A DNA stretch of 63,238 bases, counting the filler, from Intoshia linei (lineage: Eukaryota > Animalia > Orthonectida), in NCBI GenBank assembly GCA_001642005.1. It is 7 parts of 7 records of this genome, joined end to end, with 100 filler letters (N's around TTAATTAATTAA, not from the genome) between each part and the next. Parts side by side here need not be neighbours in the genome. Positions count along the whole stretch, not along the records: positions 51,081 to 54,670 come from LWCA01002067.1; positions 54,771 to 59,030 come from LWCA01002050.1; positions 59,131 to 60,772 come from LWCA01002541.1; positions 60,873 to 63,238 come from LWCA01002331.1; 3 more parts are not named here. The stretch is one strand, 5' to 3'. The notes below the pieces were generated by a model. It worked only from the letters and a program-made list of their open reading frames with translations, did no database searches and was not told the DNA's origin. A program made the position numbers and the translations under genes. Positions 54,216 through 63,238 of this stretch are shown here, in pieces; positions within the stretch are counted from its first letter, which is position 1, and every line of letters begins with the position of its first letter.

Positions 54216-54770
54216 ATCTAGCGCTGATTTTAATGATATAATATATTTATAAGTTTTAGTTCATATAACCCAGTGGTTCTTAACCTTTTGTGGAGAATCG
54301 CCCATTTTTCAACAAAAATAAAATTATCGCCTCATAAAGACAATCGATATTTATTTAATTTACAAAGTTTATAAATGTGCAGTGCATGTTATGCAGCAAT
54401 TTTTTTAACAGTATATAATATAATATATACAATAGTATATAAAATAATATATACAAAAAATACGATAAAAACTGAGTATGTAAAAAAAAGAAAAATATAT
54501 TATAATGAATAAATGTAACAAATTTGAAATATTAAATGAAATCATGACATTATAAATGTTTAAGCTTTACAAAGAATAGATAAAATGTATTATTAATGGC
54601 TACCCTCATATTGATAACTATTTGATAATTTTTCAATATCAGGAGCGATATTTGTTAAGCATAATCTTAANNNNNNNNNNNNNNNNNNNNNNNNNNNNNN
54701 NNNNNNNNNNNNNNTTAATTAATTAANNNNNNNNNNNNNNNNNNNNNNNNNNNNNNNNNNNNNNNNNNNN

Positions 54771-56420
54771 CCACTTGCCAAAAGTCATTAAAATTAAGAG
54801 TTTGTACATGATTTAATTTATTCCCCTTATTATAATTCCTATGTTTATTTGAACTACAGTCAATGCATTTTTCTATATATTCCTTTATATCACGGTACAT
54901 ATATGACCAAAAGTATTTAGTACGAATATTGTAAAATGTTTTTGTTAATCTTGGGTGACAAAATGCGACCGATTGGTGATAAAATTGAATCACTAAGGAA
55001 AAATGTTGTTTAGGCACTAATATGAGAGATTTTCCGTTATGATCTATATACATTATGTCCTTTTTGACATAAATATTTTCTTCAAAATGTTTCTAAGGAT
55101 TATTACTATCAATCTTCTTTTTTTTACGAAATTTTTCAATGTGAATATCTTTCTGAATATTAATAATAGCAGGATATGTATCAGGAACAGTCATAGAGTT
55201 TAACTGGCGAAAATCAATCACCATACGATCAGTACCATTTTTTTTTTTTTACAAAAAAATAATTCGACGTTATTGATCTAGAACATGGTTCGATAATTTT
55301 AGTATCTAATAATTTTTGTATATATTTTTCATGTTTCTCACGTAAATTGATTCCAACTGGAAAGGCTCGTATTTTTTTAAAAATAGATTTCTCAATAAGA
55401 TGAATTTTATGTTCTCCAGTATTGGTTAGACCCATACGATCAGATATAACATCGGAAAAATTTGTGACAATGGAATCATAAGTACATTTATTTATTGCTC
55501 GTACGTAATTAATTTCATTATTGATTGATATCAATTTCAAATGTATACATTCGTAGATTTTTAAAATATTTTGTGTATCAGTAATGAAAAATTTTATAAA
55601 ATGTCCGTTTATCAATTTTAATTTGATATAACCATATATGTTTAGTTTCCTTTTTTCTACCAAAAATAAAGTGCTAGGACATTTATAAATCTGGACATTT
55701 TTTATTTAAACAGTTAACTTGTGAACCTGTATCTAAAATAAATGAAAATATTACTGTTTCATCACTATTATGAAAGGCTAATTTTTGATTTATTTCATTC
55801 TCTGTATGAATTGCATTAACAGATTTTTTTTTGAAAATTTGCCTGTTTACAATTTTTGATATGTGTCCTGGTTTATGACATTTAAAACAAGTCATTTTTG
55901 ATTCGCCTTTAAATTCAATTCTATCGAAAATTGAATCGTATTTTTGACAGATGGAGATACGGTCAGATAATTTTAATGAATTTCGTATTAACAGTTCCAT
56001 TGTAATCGTATTGTTTTCGATTCCACATAATAACTGATCTCTAATTCGTTCATTTTTATCGACAAATTGGCAATTGCGAGCACCTTTATATAAACGACTG
56101 ATGAATGATTGTGTACTCTCGTGTTGTGGTCTAATGATCTTATTAAATTTTAATCTCTCCATACTGACGTTTATAATCTTCCATTTTAGAATATCGTCTT
56201 TATAAAAATTATAAGATGGTTTTAAATTTCTTTCATCAAGGCGTTTTCGAGCTTCTGAACCAATGAAAATTTTCAATAATGTCAATTTGCGACTATTTTT
56301 AGATTCCTTTTCAACGGCTTCATCCAGTTGCATCATTAATTCAAATTCCTGAATCCATTCACTTGTCAATACTCCATTTTCGTCCATCAATGGTTTCGGT
56401 TTGGGCAAAAGATTATTCAT
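54771..56420 (-). mobile_element. Ty3/Gypsy LTR retrotransposon remnant: gag, protease, start of RT, internal deletion, then integrase zinc finger
   Basis: Gag RIRDQLLCGIEN with zinc knuckle CFKCHKPGH; protease FILDTGSQVN; RT start HKIHL..FFVKKK..RMVIDFRQLNSMTVPDTYP; then directly the HHCC region HQSVAFCHP..KYFW..CIDC. Frameshifted. 56457-56710 duplicates ~55897-56150 after a single n. Confidence 0.88.
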
Positions 56421-58199
56421 TGTTCAATAAGGTAAATTGTCTTGTAATGTTTTAGNATTTTTGATTCGCCTTTAAATTCAATTCTATCGAGAATTGAATC
56501 GTATTTTTGACAGATGGAGATACGGTCAGATAATTTTAATGAATTTCGTATTAACAGTTCCATTGTAATCGTATTGTTTTCGATTCCACATAATAACTGA
56601 TCTCTAATTCGTTCATTTTTATCGACAAATTGGCAATTGCGAGCACCTTTATATAAATGACTGATGAATGATTGTGTACTCTCGTGTTGTGGTCTAATGA
56701 TCTTATTAATTTTCTAAATTATCTTAAATTTTTATTATTTAGTAAATTATCTAATAGCTATAGTTACAGAATAAATTGTAGTGAAAAAATTATCTATTAA
56801 CGGTGCTTAACTGTAATTTAATTTAATACCAAAGAATTTACTTTTACATGATTTGTTCGTTTTATATTAGCATTTCTGAGCTTTTATGTTTTAAAAACGA
56901 CTTTATGTTACTCAAAATGTCTATAATATGTAATAAATGTATATAATTTTCATGGACCTTTAAAAAAGTGCTGTGGACTCCGTTGAGAATGACTGCTGTA
57001 TATGATAAATAAACAGACATACTTTTATATTTTATATGTGATTCTAAAAGATAGGTTTCAACCTATGACACTTCACGACCCTTATCATATCATATTTATT
57101 TTTGTAAGTTTTTTGATCACCTATCTGTTTTAACAATGATGTACATTGTACAATATATTTATTAATTATTTAGTTAAACAAATCTCCAAGAGAATGTATT
57201 AAAACAACTAATAAATCGGTTCCCGACAAATGTTATATTTTATTAAATTCTTTTTATACTTGCAAGCGATCTACCGTATATTTATTTACACATACATTTC
57301 AATTAATTTAAATTCTATTTAGCTTGACGCAAAACGTAGAGTTCGAGGTTTAAGATATTTTGATGAAGATTATGATTGAATCAATAATTTGATAATACAC
57401 ATTAAAATGTTTAAAGTTTCGTTTATTCCTATAATTATAATTAAAATAAAATATAATTGTAAAATAATTATTTTACGTCATCAAATTATTCGTACATTTC
57501 TACATTTTGTGTGTAATAAAAACAAAAGTTGTTAGAATAACCAAAATGCACCATTTCAGTCTTATTTCGCTGTACTTAAAGAACTCCATTAATCCTTTAA
57601 TTATTAAAGTTTAATACATTGAGTCTAAATTTAAAAGTTTCTTGTAAAATCCAATATTTTATGTCATTATGTATGAAAAGGCTAAAATGCAATTGTAATA
57701 TCTGGACGTATTCTGATTTTTTGAACACCGGAGTGAATATAATAATTCTTACTTACATTACGGGTTCTCAACCTTTTTTCAGAAGGGCCGCATTATATCA
57801 ATATGAAATAATTTAGAACCATCGCGGGTCACAATTTTTATTTATTGCTAGAAAATTTATGAAACAAAAAAATGTAATATACTTACTATATTTTTACTTA
57901 CTTCATTTATTATTTTTATAATATTAAGTATATATAATTAACAATTTTGGTAGGTTTATAATAGTTGACAATTAATGAGAATTTTGGCATCTTTTTGCAT
58001 ATATTATGTATCATACATACGACAATGACGGGGGCTGGAAGGCTATATGCACTGTTTCTGGAATAAACCGTAGAGCTGGATATCGCAAAGAAAATATTCA
58101 TTAAGTTTTAAGGGTGGGGCTATCATTTCTCAAATTTAGTTACCATTTTATGTACGTAAGTTTTAAATCACTTTGAAATTTAAAATGCTTCTAAATCTT

Positions 58200-58990
58200 T
58201 AAAGAAAACTTAAAATTTAATAAGGATGATGGTTAATACTTTTAATAATGCGAAAATGAATTTCAGTTTGGCGAAATTGAAATGTAAATGGCAGTGGCGA
58301 CTCTCCAATTCGGGCAAAGCTTGTATTGTACATGCCGAAAAATGTTGTACTGTGTTAATGAATGTATTATTACTCGTTTTGGACCTCCAAAAATTATTCA
58401 CACAGATGAAGGACGTCAATTTCACTGTCGATTAATTGATGAATTAGGAAAAAATTTAAATAATACATATCTCGTTCCAAACCATATTGTCACCATGAAA
58501 ATGGACTTATTAAAGATATAACCGAATTATTAGAGAGACACTTCGTGTTCTAAACAATGATAATGACAGTGAGTGGAATGAGTTGATAAAGTATGTTTTA
58601 ATGAGCCTGCGTTTATTGCGTTCTCAAAAAATGGAAATTCACCATTTGAAATGGTTTTTGGAATTCCTAGTTATGATTTAAATGATGAAAAAAAATTTCA
58701 AAATATTTTTAGAAGGACAAAAAAGCTTCACAATGCTACTGTTAAGAGAAATTTTGATAGAAAATAACAAAAATCAGATTCTTATCATGCCAAAAATTAT
58801 ATTCCTAATGATCCTATTGTATGCAAACAACATAATCCTTATAAAACAAGAAAAAGAAAACGAACCTCGCCTGCCTATTTTAAGGACTTTGTATGGGAGG
58901 TGTAGTGATGTCAATGTGATCACTATGAAGATTACTTTGTTTATTTACATTTATCACGTGTTATTTTTTATCTTAACGTGGATTTCTGGG
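58200..58990 (+). pseudogene. Degraded Gypsy integrase 3' end with a possible polypurine tract and start of the 3' LTR (TG at 58901)
   Basis: ITRFGPPKIIHTDEGRQF, frameshifted. The C-terminal RKRKRTSPAYFKDFV is followed by GGGAGG|TGTAGTG. Confidence 0.6.
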
Positions 58991-59130
58991 GTTGAAATTT
59001 TGTATTTATATCAACTGGAATAAGCTCTATNNNNNNNNNNNNNNNNNNNNNNNNNNNNNNNNNNNNNNNNNNNNTTAATTAATTAANNNNNNNNNNNNNN
59101 NNNNNNNNNNNNNNNNNNNNNNNNNNNNNN

Positions 59131-60440
59131 GTCGAATTTGCTAGTAAAGCTTTTAATATACATCAGCGACGTTATTCTGTTATTAATCGGGAATGTCTAG
59201 CTGTCCTTTGGGCGGTCCAACAATTCCGTTATTATCTTCAGGGTCGGCATTTTGTTATAAAATCTGATCATAATCTACTCAAAACTTTGCGCGATTCTCC
59301 GAAATTGTCTGGTATGAAATTCCGCTGGATCTTTATGTTGGAAAAATTTGATTACACTATTGAATATATTAAATGGAAAGATAAAATAGTACCAGACGCG
59401 TTATCTCGTCTCTGCGCTTCTGTGAATACTTACATTTGCCCAGCTTCTGCTTTAGACGTTACTAAAAATCAAAAATCTGATCCTTCAATTTGTTCTATCA
59501 TCCGATATTTTTCGGACGAAATACGTTGTACGGCCAACCCTTATTGGAGGCATGTCTCTGAAATATCTTTCGATAATGGTATATTATATCATTATACACG
59601 CGATCATAAGTCTGTGGTTATTCCGGTAAAATGTCGTGCTTCTATTCTGAAATATATTCATGATATTGAGTTGACTCATGTGAGCATTAAAAAGACCTTG
59701 AGTTACTTAATAGCTCGTTGTTAATGGCAGCACATGGCATCTGACGTTAATGATTACATTAAACACTGTAAGGCGTGCAATGTTGCCAAAGACGGCCGCC
59801 CAACACACCCTTGACCTTTGCAGCTTGTCAATGGTAAGGCATTTAACCATTTATGGCAGTTATACATAACTGGTCCTTTGCCAGAAACATCTTCGAGTCA
59901 CCGATATATTTTAGTTATGGTGGATCATTTCTCTAAATGGGTGGAATATGCCCCTTTATCCAATATTTCAGCTGAATCTGTAGCCTCTGCATTAAACTGG
60001 AATGTGCTATCCAGGTATGGTCCACCGAAATGGATTCATACCGATCAAGGCATTCAATTCGAGAGTAATGTGATTAAAAACATCTGTAATTTATTGAATA
60101 TTAAGAAATCTGTAACTAGGCCTTATTACCATCAAGCTGTTGGGCTAGTTGAACGTAATAATCGCACAATTAAAAATCTGATCCTTGTCAATCTGTATTC
60201 TGGTGATACAGAATGGGATACATTATTACCACACATCTTATCGAATCTTAGAACCACAGTAAGTCAAGCCACTGGTGTATCCCCTGCATCTATTTTGTTA
60301 TGAATAGAGTTTACCTCCTCAGTACTACCGACTCCTGTTGATATAGGTTCAGCATATGAAACCCGTTCAATTTCTGTTCAAAACGCCAAGAAAAATTGGG
60401 TTCCATATATGAAGCGTACTAAACGCAATTACGATAAAAC
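59131..60440 (+). pseudogene. Ty3/Gypsy pol fragment (RNase H + integrase) with stops
   Basis: RNase H YSVINRECLAVLWAVQQFRYYLQGRHFVIKSDH; VPDALSR; HHCC finger; rve core WQLYITGPLP (first D replaced by Y), VMVDHFSKW, IHTDQGIQF, GLVERNNRTIK. Confidence 0.9.
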
Positions 60441-60772
60441 CTATTATAATGACCTATTATATTTTACAAATGCGAGATGGCTTTCTAAAGGGAAAATGCT
60501 GGAAAGATTTTATAATCTACTGCCGGAAGTAAAATTATTTCTAGACTCAAAAAATAAACATTTTGCAGAGTTTTCAGATGCAATGTGGCTGTCTGATTTA
60601 TTTTTTATGGTAGATATTACTAGTCACGTGAACATTTTAAATTTAAAACTGCAAGGAAAGAATAAAATAATTACCGAGTAGTATGATATTGTGAATACAT
60701 TCGAATGTAAACTGTTTGGTGGATTAATAATTTTGAAAATAATATTCTTGAACATTTCCCAAATTTCAAAGA
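60441..60772 (+). pseudogene. hAT Buster/SPIN (GTF2IRD2/ZBED-like) transposase fragment
   Basis: DLLYFTNARWLSKGKMLERFYNL..EVKLFL..WLSDLFFMVDITSHVNILNLKLQGK. Confidence 0.85.
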
Positions 60773-61062
60773 NNNNNNNNNNNNNNNNNNNNNNNNNNNN
60801 NNNNNNNNNNNNNNNNTTAATTAATTAANNNNNNNNNNNNNNNNNNNNNNNNNNNNNNNNNNNNNNNNNNNNAACAAGATTTAAACCAAGAATTACACTG
60901 TCCAACACGTATACTACAAACTTACTAAGACCATCATAAATTTTTCCTAATCTCAGCGACGTTAAATTAATTGCTGGTATACTAAATGGTGTAAACACCA
61001 TAAAATGTTTTTATTTTGTATTAGTTGGTTCTGCAGCTTATCATTCGCAACTGGGGTTTATA

Positions 61063-61698
61063 CAGAAGCGTTTTAAGGCATGGGCAATATGGTCGGTAGC
61101 CCAGGGCCCCTCATTAAAAAAGACCCCCAAATTAATAAAAGTACTTTACATTTATATCTTAAAAAGAGGCCCTAATTTATTAAAAAATACTTCACATTTT
61201 TATCTTAAGAATAGCTTATAAGTTTTGAAGTTTATTGAAGTTTGAACTTTTTCTAAACTAAAAATAATTAATAATGAACTTCGAAATTGCTTAGCTCAAC
61301 CTCGTTTGAATGTGCTCTCCTTAATGTCAATTGAGAATGATATCAGTTTTGATATCATATCTGATTTCTTTCAGAAAAAAGTGAGAAAACAACATTTGTG
61401 AAGAATTGTCAAGAAATTTTTGTGACTGCATGGTGCATATTTTCAAATGAAAAAGTAAACTTTGTTCATTAATTAATGTAAGTGCGTTTTTGTAAAATAA
61501 ATAAAATTTACTAGAGACCTACATAATATCTCTTAATGCTTTTATTAATACTCAATGAAATAAGACTCTAAGTCTCCAACCAAAAGTATACCGTCTTCTA
61601 AACAGGGGACCTAATTTTTTTATCGCTTTGCTCAAAATTCTAAAAAACCCCGGCCCTTTACTTAGCCCAGTTCCACGAAGTGGCTTAAGACGGCTCTG
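61063..61698 (+). mobile_element. hAT deletion derivative
   Basis: Imperfect TIR CAGAAGCGTTTTAAG / CTTAAGACGGCTCTG with 8-bp TSD GGTTTATA (61055-61062, 61699-61706). Internal FSKLKIINNELRNCLAQPRLNVLSLMSIENDI is a hAT dimerisation domain tail. Confidence 0.82.
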
Positions 61699-62069
61699 GG
61701 TTTATAAGGACAAATTTTATCATTAAAATTTGGAGTTTAAATGTATTAAGTTTACGTTAAATACATTTTAACAATTCAGCTTTATCTGGAGGTTTATAGA
61801 CATAATATAAAACATCTTGACTTTATAACGCTTTGTAGAGTAAAGGTATATTTCAAAGAATTTTAGTAAACGGATAAATACAAAAAAGGAATTTACGAAA
61901 TACAAAAAATTTCGAAACACATTACATTACAATCTGTTATTAGGTATTAATTATTTTCTCACTACTCTAGTGAGAACATCTATTTATTTTTTATTGCCAT
62001 TGAGATTTTCCTAGCCTTCTTGTTAGTGTTTGATTAGCATACAGTAGTATAGTACATAGTTCTACATAT

Positions 62070-62440
62070 ATATAAACATTTCGACTTGTCCCTGTGATTG
62101 AGGGTGACGAGGTCTACAGTGAACCATACGAACCTTCATGTCATTGTATAATCCTTGTATTTCAGCGTTTTTAAATCATCGATCATTGTCTGTATGCAAT
62201 ATTTTAGGTGGACCAAGTATAGATTACATGTCTTTAAAATGAGACCGCATATATGTTGCATTCTTATTTTTCAATTTAACTACCCACATAAATTTTGAAT
62301 AACAATCCATGATATTCAAAATGTACTTGAAGTCATCATTCACACCTTCATATTCCAGAAGGTTTATGCAATCTGCCATGTATCGTTTACCGATACGTAC
62401 AGTCACAATTGGCCGTATGATAGCTAATGTGTTCAACCCA
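62070..62440 (-). pseudogene. Retroviral-type integrase remnant of the KRBA2/SCAND3 (Ginger2-like) class
   Basis: Across frameshifts: IRPIV..RYMADCINL..FKYILNIMDCYSKFMWVVKLKNKNA, GPPKILHTDN, and VHCRPRHPQSQGQVE. Confidence 0.7.
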
Positions 62441-63238
62441 TAAATTTTTTGTCATTTTCGTCATCAGAAAACACTTTTAATTTATAATTTTCTAAATAAC
62501 AACTTTATAACGATGAAATTTTGAAAATAATTCGCCATTACTTGCATTAAAATGTTGTGATTTTAATTTGAATCTATAAATGTCATGTCGATCAATGGGG
62601 ATGTGCCATCCTTCTAAATACTTGATAACATCGTTTTTTTTCTTTAATTGTTTTGAATTTACAATTTTTTATCATGATGTGCAACGCTAATATAATTTAT
62701 TAAGGTTCAAATTTAAACTTTTTTTGAGATGATTTGAGATGCTTTGTTTCTATAATAAAAATTCAATTTGAAATTGTCACTGTTTTGAGATGTGTCGTGT
62801 CTGCGACACGACAATTATTACTGTTATAATGAAAGAATTGTTCGATTTTAACAGGTTTATAATAACTGTTCACTTTGATGTCAATTCAAGTCATAGAGAG
62901 GTTGATAAAAGTTAAATGACACTACAATTAGTTTGCTAATATTTTAAAGGGTCTATTTTTCATTTTAGGGTGCCCACGAACTTTAATGAATTTGGGAAAC
63001 GCTAGAATAAGAAAGATTTTTGAGTGTTGACTAGTGTTTTTTTCTTACAAAATAATCACTTATTTTTGTCACTATCCTCTTTTCTAGGATGGACCGTTTC
63101 AAATTATTTAAAATGGAATATTTAGTAACTAATCCTTACTTATATAAAGTAAAATGTTAAAGTTAAAAATGTATGTCTGTTCCAGTTATTAGGTCGTTTC
63201 ATAAGTAATGTCGTTTTTATTGTAACTTTATTATAAAT

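Overview
This window is very AT-rich eukaryotic (metazoan-type) nuclear DNA, not a prokaryotic locus. Its genes are split by very short GT-AG introns, mostly 33-49 nt, which is why the ORF track shows only fragments. The compact introns and divergent proteins suggest a genome-reduced invertebrate parasite; an orthonectid such as Intoshia is my guess, not a determination. The window is about 7 contigs joined by artificial 100-nt spacers (N44-TTAATTAATTAA-N44), plus several single-N joins with redundant sequence, so adjacency across these is unreliable. Manual splicing recovers: a FUBP/KHSRP/Psi-like KH protein (+, 13 coding exons); 6-phosphogluconolactonase (-); a ~1881-aa DUF4062-NACHT-WD40 protein of NWD1/2 type ending in a CaaX box (-); SLX1 (-); a small protein weakly like NDUFB10 (-); SRR1-like/SRRD (-); an SH3 protein with an SNX9/18/33-like N-terminus (-); a broken PDCD4-like gene (+); and a weak IFT20-like candidate. 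The rest is decayed transposons: Tc1/mariner, pogo/Tigger, several hAT groups, Helitron-like non-autonomous elements, Ty3/Gypsy and a Ginger/KRBA2-type integrase. I see no CRISPR array, rRNA or tRNA, and no convincing wholly new multi-gene system. The best leads are a putatively prenylated STAND NTPase, repeated domain loss in conserved proteins, and a tight co-oriented gene cluster.
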